IMG/VR virus record: IMGVR_UViG_3300031088_000758
DNA from: a virus
Taxonomy: Duplodnaviria > Caudoviricetes
Direction: 5' to 3' (one strand)
DNA: 64,000 nt
The translations under genes were made by a program, and so were the position numbers. Positions within the stretch are counted from its first letter, which is position 1; each line of letters opens with the position of its first letter. Below, in pieces: positions 39,042 to 48,882 of this stretch. The notes beneath the pieces were generated by a model. It saw only the letters and a list, made by a program, of their open reading frames with translations. It did not search any database and was not told where the DNA came from.

Positions 39042-40427
39042 GTGAGTATTGAAAAATTAGATTATGAGACGAATGATGAAGTTGTTAAATCAAGTTCTCG
39101 TAATTCTCTTATGAAAAAATATTCTGATCAGTGGATTAATCAACTATATGAGAAAAATTTTAGCGAATATATTGATGTCAAAAAATGGGCTGTTAGGTTT
39201 TATAGAGAGAATGGTGTTAAACCTAGTGTTGCAGCAGCTGCTAGTTATTTTGGGGTTCCTTCTCCTACCATTAGCGTTCTTAAAAGTCGTGAAAATTTGA
39301 ATAACTATTTTAATGTAGTAAGCTCTGACAAGGAAACTTCGCTTGAAGATTTTCTCAGTTCTAATGTCCCGTCTGTAAAATGTTTGCGTAATGCGACTGA
39401 TGTAGTTGAGGGGCATACTTTGGATTTTTATTTTCCTGATTTTAATTTTGCTGTGGAGATTGCTTCTACTTTGACGCATCATTCTAATGATTTTAAGAAT
39501 GATTTGGTGAAGGATGTGTATGATGAGATGAAGCCTCCTGGCTATAGTTTGAATAAGGCTCTTGCTTCTGAAAAGGCTGGGGTAGAATTGTTTACTATTT
39601 TTGATTGGATGCCTTGGGCGAAAAGTTTAAATATGATTAAACATAAATTATCAGGATCTAATCAAACTGTTTATGGTCGTAAAGCCAGCGTGCATTTTGT
39701 AGATAAAACTATTCATAGGAACAAGAAAGTTGCTCGTAAGGTAAAAGATTTTATTGATGAAAATCATGTACTTGGATTCAATGGTCGCGGTTCTCAGTTT
39801 TATGTGTACCTTGAAAACAATGATGAAATTATTGCAGCTTCTGCTTGGGGTAAGCCACGTAATCTGAGTATTAAAAACCTTGGAAAAGAACGCGGCACTG
39901 ATATCATTGAATTAACACGAATGTGTTTTAAGCCTGGTATCTCTATTCCTGGTGGAGCATCTAAAATGATGAAAGCTTTCATGCGAAATTATCCTGAGAA
40001 GTTAAACAGCTTGATTACGTTTAGTGATTATGATCTTGGCTTCGGGAATGTGTATGAAACTTTAGGTTTTGAAATGATTGAGAAGCCTTCGGCTCAGAAA
40101 AACTATGTGCATCCTATTCTAGTAAAGGGTGATGGACATAATGAATACAATTTCCGTATTAAGTCAAGTAGTCTTCATTTTGCTGGTAGTGATCGTTTGT
40201 TGCAAAATATTCCTGGCTATATTCCAGTGGGCATGGAATGTCAACATGAAGAAACGTATCATCCTAATGGAAGCTGTTTGCCTACGAATCCTCAAATTGT
40301 TGAATCTTATGGGTTCTTACCTGTGTATGATTGCGGATACAAAAAGTGGCGTAGATTTGTTTCTGAAGATGAGCAAAAAAACAAAAATAAGACTAATGAG
40401 GAAGTTAAAGAAAATACTTTATTTTAA
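39042..40427 (+). CDS. putative endonuclease with C-terminal ARK..GG.SK domain
   Basis: LDFYFP..AVEI..H..FDW; ELTRMCF..GGASKM..TFSD..YDCG. Confidence 0.75.
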   Translation: MSIEKLDYETNDEVVKSSSRNSLMKKYSDQWINQLYEKNFSEYIDVKKWAVRFYRENGVKPSVAAAASYFGVPSPTISVLKSRENLNNYFNVVSSDKETSLEDFLSSNVPSVKCLRNATDVVEGHTLDFYFPDFNFAVEIASTLTHHSNDFKNDLVKDVYDEMKPPGYSLNKALASEKAGVELFTIFDWMPWAKSLNMIKHKLSGSNQTVYGRKASVHFVDKTIHRNKKVARKVKDFIDENHVLGFNGRGSQFYVYLENNDEIIAASAWGKPRNLSIKNLGKERGTDIIELTRMCFKPGISIPGGASKMMKAFMRNYPEKLNSLITFSDYDLGFGNVYETLGFEMIEKPSAQKNYVHPILVKGDGHNEYNFRIKSSSLHFAGSDRLLQNIPGYIPVGMECQHEETYHPNGSCLPTNPQIVESYGFLPVYDCGYKKWRRFVSEDEQKNKNKTNEEVKENTLF

Positions 40428-40520
40428 AAAATGCGTTTTTGGTCTTAGTGTAAGTATATTTTGTTTTTAAGAGGTTTTTAGTGCTATAAAAACATTGTGT
40501 TTTTTCTCTAAAAATGGCTT

Positions 40521-40577
40521 AGAAAATATACCTCAAAAAATATGCTATAGAAGGCGCTTTTTTGAGGTATATTTTCT
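40521..40577. repeat. palindromic element copy 2 (perfect 20-bp arms, 17-nt spacer)
   Basis: AGAAAATATACCTCAAAAAA-N17-TTTTTTGAGGTATATTTTCT. Confidence 0.75.
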
Positions 40578-40672
40578 TGTTTTTTGTGAGTTTTTTTAAA
40601 GATGCTGTTTTTAGTGTCCTGGGCTATCGAGTAGAATTCTTGCGTCTTAAAAAGGCTTAGGTTTCACAAAAA

Positions 40673-40716
40673 ATAATTGCCCAAATGTTTGATGTGATGA
40701 ACATTTGGGCAATTAT
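40673..40716. terminator. terminator
   Basis: 17-bp perfect IR between convergent genes. Confidence 0.7.
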
Positions 40717-40755
40717 AATTATTCTTGGTTTTGTTTTAACCTGATTATTCTATTT

Positions 40756-41340
40756 TCAATTCGATGGAATTAGTTCTTTAACTTCGAGAATAAATTCTGT
40801 GTCCATTGAAAACATTCTTTCTACAGGAACTAGATATCCAGGCATTGTTGAGCTGTGAGTAGCGTTTTCGTCAATCTTCTTAGCAACTGCTTCTACTTCA
40901 TCTTTACGAGATACTACTTTTTCATTGCTGATTGCTGTTAATGTAATGTCTCCTGTTTCGTCATCTTCTTCTATGATGTTCAACATTCCGTTTTCATCCA
41001 GAAGTAGTTGTGCTTCTCTTCTTACCAAATTGTTTTCAACAGCGTCTTTTACTTCTCTTTTTGCTTTAATCAAAGATTCCCAGATTTTCAGATTTTCTAA
41101 GGTTTCTTCAAGAGCAACTTCTTCTTCTGAGATAAAAACTAGTCTTCCGTTCTTTTCTTTTACGTCTTTGAAGGTTTCTGTTATCTCACGTGTGATTTCT
41201 TTAACATCTTCATGCTTTTTGCTTATCAGTCCTGAGTTGTAGAATTCAACAAAATCTTTTACGCTTCTAAAGATCTGTTGAGAAAGACGTGATTCAAGGT
41301 CTTGTGCTTTTTCATTGCTGACAGGTATAAAATGAGACAT
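40756..41340 (-). CDS. hypothetical protein
   Basis: 194-aa ORF with GGAG RBS. Confidence 0.75.
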   Translation of the reverse strand: MSHFIPVSNEKAQDLESRLSQQIFRSVKDFVEFYNSGLISKKHEDVKEITREITETFKDVKEKNGRLVFISEEEVALEETLENLKIWESLIKAKREVKDAVENNLVRREAQLLLDENGMLNIIEEDDETGDITLTAISNEKVVSRKDEVEAVAKKIDENATHSSTMPGYLVPVERMFSMDTEFILEVKELIPSN

Positions 41341-41481
41341 GTTTCTCCAAACTGTGGTATTCTTATTAACTTAATAATAATATCAGAATGTTCTTAATTT
41401 CAACAAAAAACAACCATTTTTATTGACTTTTTTGTGTACTCTTGGTAAGATTCAAATATAGAGGAATGTGAAAGGGAGATT

Positions 41482-43110
41482 ATGTCCAATAAAGAGTTAG
41501 ATAGTGTTCAAGACAGAAAACGATTAATGAATATTCTCAAATCAGGTGGTGTAGCGGCAGGTTTGGCTGGTCCATTTGTTCTGTCTTCTACTGCTTATGC
41601 TGAATATGATGTTGTTGCTGAATCAATTAGTGGACTTAATGAATATTTAATTTTTCATCATGAAGGTGCCTCTTTATCCTCAGCTGAGATTTTTGCTGAG
41701 AAGCTGGTAGGCACCAACTTAAGCGTTGTTATTGTCACTCCCGAACAGTTGGGTGGGAAAGACCCTGTGGAAGTTGCTAATATTGTGCAACAGAATACTG
41801 AACAGGTAGATGCTGTGATTTTAGTTGTAGATGGTGATAAAGATAGTTTGTATGTGGGAAGCGAAAATAAGAATATTGAATCATCTTTACAGGAAGTTTT
41901 AGGTAATGATGAAGTTGATGATGCTGGTTGGCATTTGATGAATAAATCAGAAGATTTGAGTCTAAGTTATGCTCTAGCAGGAGGTGCTGTCTCTGATGAA
42001 TACATGAATACTGTTAGCGAAAATGTAAAGGATAGCGTTATTGTTCAAGGTTCAATAAATGGTTTGTCAAGTGATCATGTTTTTGTTAATGAGGGTTCTA
42101 CTATTTCACATGAAAATGTTTTAGAATCAAATTTTGCACCTGGAGAGATTGAAGTTGTTGTTGTTCCTGATGATGCAACACTTCTTAGTGCTGAGCAGTT
42201 TGGTGAGATTATTTTAGAGGAGCATAACCCTAATTCACTTATTGTTGTTATTGATGGGGAGGAAGATCAAATTAGTGTTGTCAGCGAAAATTCTGAGATG
42301 CAAGCTGAAATGTCTTCTGTAATAGGAAATGAAACAGTAGATGATGCTGGGGAAACGTTATTTAATGTACATAATGAGTTAGTAGCAGTTGAGAGTAGCT
42401 ATCTCACAACAAGCGAGAAAGCAATGAATTTTTTAGGTGGCACAGGCATACTTCTTAGTGCTGTTGTAGTTGTTGTAGCCGGAGTAAAGGGTGCTCAGAA
42501 GCTTATTCAGTTGAAGAAGGACAAAAGAGAGCGCGAAATGACATATGCTAAAAAATTGAAAGATAAGTATAGTCAAGTTAGTGAAGATTTTTTAGATTCG
42601 ATGGTGGGGTTAGAAGAGCTTTCTGTCAAACATTCAAACGTTGATTCTTCTCAGGGTTTGTCTTTGGAGATTAAAGATCTTTCTAAAAGGTTACATGATA
42701 TGTTAGATGTTTTAGAGGATAACAAGATTTCAGAGGGAAAAAGGCGTCAACTTGAAATTGGGTATTCTGATAAACTTAATAAGTTAACTGATTTGTTAGG
42801 CGAAAAATACTATCTTGATCTGTTGGATAATTCTGATTATTGGGATTCTTCGGATGATAGAGTGAAGAAGGTTCAAGAAATTCTTTCTGGAATGACTGCT
42901 AATGTAGTTGACAATATTCGTCGTGTGAATAAGGATCATGATATTGATGTTCAAGTTGCTTTGGCTTCTCTTGAAGGTGTCAATCAAAGATACATCACTG
43001 ATGTTTTCAAAGAGAAGAATAGCGGTGCTAATAGTGTAAGTAGTCCAAAGACACAGGATAACAGACTTAAAAAAGGAATATCCAGTTGGTTTACTCGTGA
43101 GGCGAGTTGA
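41482..43110 (+). CDS. membrane protein: duplicated extracellular (TPM-like) domain, TM, cytoplasmic helical domain paralogous to 43270
   Basis: internal repeat VVVP..LIVVIDG..D.I.V.SEN..VDDAG; TM; C-term Y.D...N...W similar to next gene. Confidence 0.65.
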   Translation: MSNKELDSVQDRKRLMNILKSGGVAAGLAGPFVLSSTAYAEYDVVAESISGLNEYLIFHHEGASLSSAEIFAEKLVGTNLSVVIVTPEQLGGKDPVEVANIVQQNTEQVDAVILVVDGDKDSLYVGSENKNIESSLQEVLGNDEVDDAGWHLMNKSEDLSLSYALAGGAVSDEYMNTVSENVKDSVIVQGSINGLSSDHVFVNEGSTISHENVLESNFAPGEIEVVVVPDDATLLSAEQFGEIILEEHNPNSLIVVIDGEEDQISVVSENSEMQAEMSSVIGNETVDDAGETLFNVHNELVAVESSYLTTSEKAMNFLGGTGILLSAVVVVVAGVKGAQKLIQLKKDKREREMTYAKKLKDKYSQVSEDFLDSMVGLEELSVKHSNVDSSQGLSLEIKDLSKRLHDMLDVLEDNKISEGKRRQLEIGYSDKLNKLTDLLGEKYYLDLLDNSDYWDSSDDRVKKVQEILSGMTANVVDNIRRVNKDHDIDVQVALASLEGVNQRYITDVFKEKNSGANSVSSPKTQDNRLKKGISSWFTREAS

Positions 43111-43269
43111 TTTCAAAAATATATTTATATCTTGACAATATATTATTGATGTGTTAATATATTTATATATATTTATTAGACAACTCTAAGGAGAAAACGA
43201 TGCGGAAGTTTTCTAAACATGTAGTTGTGTCTTTTATTAGTCCTTTAAGCTGGGACGAAGGAGGATACA

Positions 43270-43887
43270 ATGATTGATACATTACCTGAAGTTTTAGCAA
43301 TGCTTGGTGGTTTTGCTGGAAGTGTAGGTGTGGTTGCTGGTTCTACACGTATTTATCTTGCTGCGAAGAGGAATGAGATTCGTAGAGTTAGAACACCTTT
43401 TATCACAACTAGTGCTAAATCGTTTACAGAAGCTTTTAACAGTACTGTTGATGCGTTGAAAACTTTGATTGATCAACATCACGTTTTAGGGTATAAAAAA
43501 ACTGCTTCTAAAATGAGGTCAATTCTTGTGTCTACGGATGAGCTTTTTGAGCGTATTCAGAAGAAAGGCACTAATGATCAGCTTACTATGGCTTCTGTCA
43601 AATATGCTCATCTTTTTGAGAAAGTTGCTTTTGCTATGAATGATGATCATTATATTGACATTGCTAAGAATCCTGGACTATGGGAAGAACCTGAGCAACG
43701 ATTAAAGGAAGCTGAGAATGCTTTAGATTCTGTTCATAAACAGATTATCGACAATATTAAACAGGTTAATTCTAGCAAAGACCTTGACTTCAAGATTGCT
43801 TTGGAAGCGTTAACAGCTGTTACAGAAAAGCAAAATGTTATGGAAGAAATTTTTATTAAAGAAAAGATTAAGGATGTTACAAGATGA
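43270..43887 (+). CDS. membrane-anchored helical protein (XpaC-like position upstream of telA)
   Basis: N-term TM; coupled to toxic anion resistance gene. Confidence 0.6.
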   Translation: MIDTLPEVLAMLGGFAGSVGVVAGSTRIYLAAKRNEIRRVRTPFITTSAKSFTEAFNSTVDALKTLIDQHHVLGYKKTASKMRSILVSTDELFERIQKKGTNDQLTMASVKYAHLFEKVAFAMNDDHYIDIAKNPGLWEEPEQRLKEAENALDSVHKQIIDNIKQVNSSKDLDFKIALEALTAVTEKQNVMEEIFIKEKIKDVTR

Positions 43888-45224
43888 CTAACACTATGGA
43901 TTCATTGATTAATGGTAAGCAACAGACTGAAGTTGAAGTTGTCGAAGAAACAGCTCTTGAACATGAGGTTGCTAGTGTAAATAATGAAGAGTTCAAAATC
44001 AAAAAGCCGGAAGAAACTTCTATTAAGTTCCGTAATCAGCTTAGTGCGGAGGATTTAGAGGCTGTTCGCAAAGCAGCTCCTGATCTTGCCAAGCGAATGC
44101 GTAATGATTTTAGCTTTATTATTGACTTTGGCTCTGAGGTTACTGAAGAACTAAACGAAATCAGTTCTCGTATGCTACATGAGCAAAAGGGAATTGAAAT
44201 TCCTGAAGCGGATCAGGCTGTGAACAACATTCTTCGTGAACTTGATGGTTACTCCGCTAAATACGCTGACCCTAAAACTAGAAATTTCTTCAACAAGATT
44301 ATTGAAAAGTTCAAAGGTTCTACTTATACTATTAAGAACATGGTTCGTGATGCTAAGCCTATTGAAGAAAAGCTTAACATTGCTGGAGCTGAAATTTATA
44401 AAATGGAACTTAAGCTCTCTGACAACATTAACCGTGGTCATCAATTACGTAAGACTACCATGAAAACAGTTAATAACGTTGTTAAAGTCCTAGCCTTGTT
44501 TGAAGAGATTATTGATGTTGCTAGACAAGATGCTTTGGCAATGGATAACAAGCGCAAAGCAGCTGAGGCACAGGGTCCTGATAGCGTCATTTCTTGGAAC
44601 GATGAGAAATACACAATCGAAGAGTTTAATGAACTGCTACAAAATCAGGTCAATGCTATTGGTGAAATGGAGAAAACTTGGTTTGCTTGGAGGCAAAAAT
44701 TCTTCATCTATACTGCTAATGTTTCTGCTATTCGAAACATTGTAACAACTTCAATTGGGTTGCTTCGCACATGCCATAGAGTAAGAACTGATGCTATTCC
44801 TTCTGCTAGGACTCAAATTGCGGTTTGGCAGCAGGCTGAATTGGCTAATCAGGGCGCTGAAATGGCTAACAGGGCTAATGAAGGCGTGGATCGTCTCATT
44901 GCGGGAGCTAGCAAAGGTATGGCTGATGCTGTGGCCGCTGGAGCAGAAGCGAATCAGCGTCCTATGCTTTCTGAGAAGACTATCGTTGCTATGACTGAAG
45001 ATTTGAAGCGTCAATTCACAGCAGTGGTTGAGGCTGAGAACAAGGGTCGTGAGGTTAGAGCACGTAATCTTGACCTTATGGCTCAAAGTGAGAAAGCTAT
45101 TGCCCAAGCTTCGGAAGAAGCAAGACAAGCTCTCCTTGAAAATGCTATGGCAGCTGTTCGTGAGAATTCTGCTGAATCCAACAAGGAAGAGACTAATGAT
45201 GTTTTGTCCATGTTGAACAAATGA
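43884..45224 (+). CDS. toxic anion resistance protein (TelA/KlaA family)
   Basis: IIDFGSEV..L..IS.RML, long coiled coil, IP...Q.A typical of TelA. Confidence 0.75.
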   Translation: MTNTMDSLINGKQQTEVEVVEETALEHEVASVNNEEFKIKKPEETSIKFRNQLSAEDLEAVRKAAPDLAKRMRNDFSFIIDFGSEVTEELNEISSRMLHEQKGIEIPEADQAVNNILRELDGYSAKYADPKTRNFFNKIIEKFKGSTYTIKNMVRDAKPIEEKLNIAGAEIYKMELKLSDNINRGHQLRKTTMKTVNNVVKVLALFEEIIDVARQDALAMDNKRKAAEAQGPDSVISWNDEKYTIEEFNELLQNQVNAIGEMEKTWFAWRQKFFIYTANVSAIRNIVTTSIGLLRTCHRVRTDAIPSARTQIAVWQQAELANQGAEMANRANEGVDRLIAGASKGMADAVAAGAEANQRPMLSEKTIVAMTEDLKRQFTAVVEAENKGREVRARNLDLMAQSEKAIAQASEEARQALLENAMAAVRENSAESNKEETNDVLSMLNK

Positions 45225-45255
45225 GCAACATTTAATATTTGTTTCGGATAAAATT

Positions 45256-45300
45256 AAATGTTAGAACCCCACAGTCCGCATCTGTGGGGTTCTAACATTT
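45256..45300. terminator. bidirectional terminator
   Basis: 19-bp perfect IR between convergent genes. Confidence 0.8.
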
Positions 45301-45319
45301 TCGTTTTTGTTTGTAGTGT

Positions 45320-46111
45320 TTATTTAAAATCTTTTATAGATTCGTCAAAAATTCTTGTATAAGCATCAAAAGGTTTAATACAGCTTACAACAATTTGCGA
45401 AATCAAAGTAGAATTTATTGTGTTTCTATCATTTTCTTCTGAATTATCGTAAATATAATCTAAATGATCGAAAAGATTTTCAATAGTGACAAGTCTAAAT
45501 CCTTGTTTTTTCCAATTAGAATCCATTTTTACATACACTTTATCAGCATTTATACATACTACTGAGTGAACTTTTGCACTTTTATGTAAGTACTTTTTCC
45601 ATAAGTATTTCGCTGCTTTTGCGTTAACATGGCTACCCCCGAAAGTTCTGCCTGGCTTACCTTTTCCATTTGACCTTAGTATAGAGCCTTTATCACTTAT
45701 AGAATACGATCTTTTGCTTTGCCACCTTTTACTGTCTATTAATATAACGTGATTCCCTATGACCAGAACATGATCAGTGTCACCACCATCCACAGTTCCA
45801 TTTTCAAGATCTATTGTTTCTTTGCCTAATCCTTTCACATGTACCGAATCAACAAGTACAGCATTAGGTTTATCTTTAATCCACTTTTGAAGCTTTTTTG
45901 AAGTATTTCTCTCGCCTTCTAACCCTAATATTATAAGTTTTCTTTTAAACTCACTATCGTAATCAGGATTGTTAGCATGATGAGTCAAAGAAGCACCTGC
46001 AGAACCAAAATACCTTCTTCCTCGGGTTAGCATTTCAGAAATTTTTAAAGCTACTGAATGCTTTACACCAGGAAGTTCAGGAGTAGGTGGTTGAATTTTA
46101 ATATTATTCAT
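45320..46111 (-). CDS. NERD-domain nuclease-like protein
   Basis: GLEGERNT, DTDHVLVIG..LIDSKRW. Confidence 0.75.
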   Translation of the reverse strand: MNNIKIQPPTPELPGVKHSVALKISEMLTRGRRYFGSAGASLTHHANNPDYDSEFKRKLIILGLEGERNTSKKLQKWIKDKPNAVLVDSVHVKGLGKETIDLENGTVDGGDTDHVLVIGNHVILIDSKRWQSKRSYSISDKGSILRSNGKGKPGRTFGGSHVNAKAAKYLWKKYLHKSAKVHSVVCINADKVYVKMDSNWKKQGFRLVTIENLFDHLDYIYDNSEENDRNTINSTLISQIVVSCIKPFDAYTRIFDESIKDFK

Positions 46112-46136
46112 GGTAATCACTCAGTATATTCTCTGC

Positions 46137-46925
46137 TCATTTGAATTCTCTTAGACTATTCATATCAAAGACATTTGAGTATACATCAAAAGGTTTGATA
46201 CATTGGACTACTGACTGAGCAACAAGTGTTGTGTTTATGCGATGTTGATCTTCTTCTTCAATTTCTTCCCATTTTTTATCTAAAAGTTCTTCAAATCTGT
46301 CAAGTTCTACTAATCGGTAGACCTGTGTGAACCAGTTCTTGTTCCTTAGCACAGTTGCTTCTTCATTGTTTATACATACCATGCCAGTGATAGAGGCATC
46401 TTCTTCTTCAAAGTAATCTAACCATGAATAAATAGCTTCTTTCATTATTACATCTCCACCAGGAAAGTTTTTGTTAGTCATAAGTGCATTACCATCATCA
46501 TCTATACTATAATTTTTTTTCTTTTTCCAACGCTTAGTGTCAATGAGTAATACTTCATTTCCTATGAGAAGAATGTGATCTGTGTCTCCACCATCAATAA
46601 TTCCGTAATCTGGGTTGATTTCTTCTTCACGGTCCCAGTCAGGTATTCTTACAGAATCAATAAGAACAGCCGCAGGTTTATCTTTTATCCATTTTTTTAA
46701 AAATTCTGTAATTTCTCGTTCCGCATTTAAATAGTCTTTTGCTGTCTCACGATTTAAGTTTTCTTTATCAGCAAAATCGGGCGAGCTAGCCTGATACGTC
46801 ATAGCTGCGCCAGAAGAACCAAAATACCTTCTTCCTTTTATAAGCATTTTTTCTATCTTATCTGCTACATTATTCTTCACACCATCAATGTCTTTTATAG
46901 GTGGTTCAATAACAATTTTTGGCAT
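46137..46925 (-). CDS. NERD-domain protein, paralog of 45320
   Basis: GRRYFGS.GA, DTDHILLIG..LIDTKRW, CIKPFD shared. Confidence 0.75.
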   Translation of the reverse strand: MPKIVIEPPIKDIDGVKNNVADKIEKMLIKGRRYFGSSGAAMTYQASSPDFADKENLNRETAKDYLNAEREITEFLKKWIKDKPAAVLIDSVRIPDWDREEEINPDYGIIDGGDTDHILLIGNEVLLIDTKRWKKKKNYSIDDDGNALMTNKNFPGGDVIMKEAIYSWLDYFEEEDASITGMVCINNEEATVLRNKNWFTQVYRLVELDRFEELLDKKWEEIEEEDQHRINTTLVAQSVVQCIKPFDVYSNVFDMNSLREFK

Positions 46926-46942
46926 GTTATAAAAATCCTTTC

Positions 46943-48808
46943 TCATGCTAATTCGGCAGTGGCTCTAGGTATATATCCTGCAGTAGAAGAACAATTTACA
47001 GTTATTTCTTGTTCACTCTCAATATCAATAGAAATAGGTTCAGATGAACATTCTTTTGACATTACTGGAATTATCCATGTCTTAGGATTAATACTAGGTT
47101 GTAAACTGTATACTTTAACATTTATTGTTATGTCTGAAAGTATGACATCACCTGTATTCTCAATTTTTGCGGAAGTCATTCCACCATTGTATTTAATTTC
47201 ATGAATAGATATCGCACCATTATCAGGTAGTTCATCATTAGTATACGATCTTGGAACCGACATGAAACTAACCATAACAAGACCCAGCAATAATAGTACA
47301 ATGGGCATATAAGTTGCTATTTTTTGCAAAGCTTTCGAGGCTGACAACAAAGGTTTTACAAATTTTCCAATGAAAGGAATTTTAGACAGAATACCCAAAA
47401 CGAAATTCAACAAAGAGAAACATAATTTAACAATAAACAAGTATGCTTTTTTAAAGGGTGAAAAAATTTTAAAAATCTTTAAATTATTCAAATTTTTGAA
47501 AGGATTCTTCCCGGCTTTTGTATTGCCTTTTTTCTTTCTTTCATCAGGATTTTTATTTTTGTCTTTATCTTTCTCAGTGGGTTCATCTTCTACATCCTCA
47601 GGCAAACTTTGAGGAATTTCTTCTCCTTTAATGTCAGCCATTATCTGTTCTTTAATAAGCTTTAATCTATTGAGTAAAGCATTCCCTGAACCTTTATCTT
47701 TATTTTTTTCTGGTTTTGGTGAACTTTTACTCACATCATCAGGATCAGTAGTTTCGTCTAATGGTTCTGATTTCTTCTTTTTACTCAAAACAGGTATGCT
47801 AAATTCTGGTTCTTCTTCTTCAGGCAGATTATCATCTGCTGTTTCATCTTTTGGATCAAAGGTAGATTCTTCATCGTTTTCGAATTCATCATCAATGGTA
47901 TCAAAAGACCAATCAATGTTTTCTTCTTCGTCTTCTTCGTCATTATCATCTTCATCATCAAAAAACAAATCTGATTTTTCTTCTAAAGTATTTTCGTTTG
48001 CATCATTGTCTAAATCTTCGTCATCATTAATGAATATTATTGAGTCTTCTTCATCTTCTTCATCTTCAGATTCAAATGAAAAATTGTTTTCTTGGATTGA
48101 GTTATCTTCAGAAACAGAATCGTCAAGATTGTCTACAATATTTATCTCTGATTCTTCATCCGAGTTTTCTTCTTCATTATCATCATCCATTAATGCATTC
48201 ATTCTTGACATTAAAGTTTCAAAATCCACTTCATCATCGTCTGAATCTTCTTCGTTATCTGGTATTGCTTCATCTAATATGGAATCTTCTGAAATAGAAG
48301 CGCTTTCTTCATCGTCCCATTCTTGAACGATAATTGGCTCATCATTTTCTTCATCAATATGAATTTCTGCGCTTAATTCGTTGTTGTAAGCTTCTTCTGT
48401 TTCTTCAACCCTCGAATTGTCAGTAATCTCATCTTGGTCATTTTCATCATTAAAGTCAAAGATAAAGTTTTCTATTTCTTTATCATCTTCGTTTTCATCT
48501 TCTGACGATATCTGTTGAATGTCATCAAGAGCTTCGAAGTCTTCGTCAAGTCCCAGAAGTTTATCAAGTTCAGCTTTATCAAGGTTTTTTACTTCTTCGG
48601 ACACTTCAGCTTTGTTTTCAAATGCTATTTTTTCATCATCATCAAAAGCATCTTCAAAATCAGGTAGTGCATCATCTTCTGCTAAGCTGGTATCAAAGTT
48701 ATCAATGTCATCACTTTGTAAAAGTATATTTTGGTGGTCTTGCATTGTGGCACCATTTTTAACAACCTTAGCCGGGTTGATTCCATTAATGTTTCTTGGT
48801 ATAGCCAT
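46943..48808 (-). CDS. membrane protein with long Asp/Glu-rich N-terminal region and small C-terminal beta domain
   Basis: about 300 aa acidic low-complexity region, TM segments, IENTG..C..C. Confidence 0.8.
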   Translation of the reverse strand: MAIPRNINGINPAKVVKNGATMQDHQNILLQSDDIDNFDTSLAEDDALPDFEDAFDDDEKIAFENKAEVSEEVKNLDKAELDKLLGLDEDFEALDDIQQISSEDENEDDKEIENFIFDFNDENDQDEITDNSRVEETEEAYNNELSAEIHIDEENDEPIIVQEWDDEESASISEDSILDEAIPDNEEDSDDDEVDFETLMSRMNALMDDDNEEENSDEESEINIVDNLDDSVSEDNSIQENNFSFESEDEEDEEDSIIFINDDEDLDNDANENTLEEKSDLFFDDEDDNDEEDEEENIDWSFDTIDDEFENDEESTFDPKDETADDNLPEEEEPEFSIPVLSKKKKSEPLDETTDPDDVSKSSPKPEKNKDKGSGNALLNRLKLIKEQIMADIKGEEIPQSLPEDVEDEPTEKDKDKNKNPDERKKKGNTKAGKNPFKNLNNLKIFKIFSPFKKAYLFIVKLCFSLLNFVLGILSKIPFIGKFVKPLLSASKALQKIATYMPIVLLLLGLVMVSFMSVPRSYTNDELPDNGAISIHEIKYNGGMTSAKIENTGDVILSDITINVKVYSLQPSINPKTWIIPVMSKECSSEPISIDIESEQEITVNCSSTAGYIPRATAELA

Positions 48809-48837
48809 TTGATAACCTAACTTATATGTATAAGAAG

Positions 48838-48875
48838 CTCTGCAAACTAATTTATAAAGTAATTAGTTTGCAGAG
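48838..48875 (-). terminator. terminator after dnaE C-half
   Basis: 15-bp perfect IR. Confidence 0.65.
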
Positions 48876-48882
48876 TTCCCTA

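Noticed and set aside
47631-48326. 231-aa Ser-rich plus-strand ORF
   Set aside because: Antisense shadow of the Asp/Glu-rich gene. The same applies to 37319-37639 and the other short overlapping ORFs in the track.
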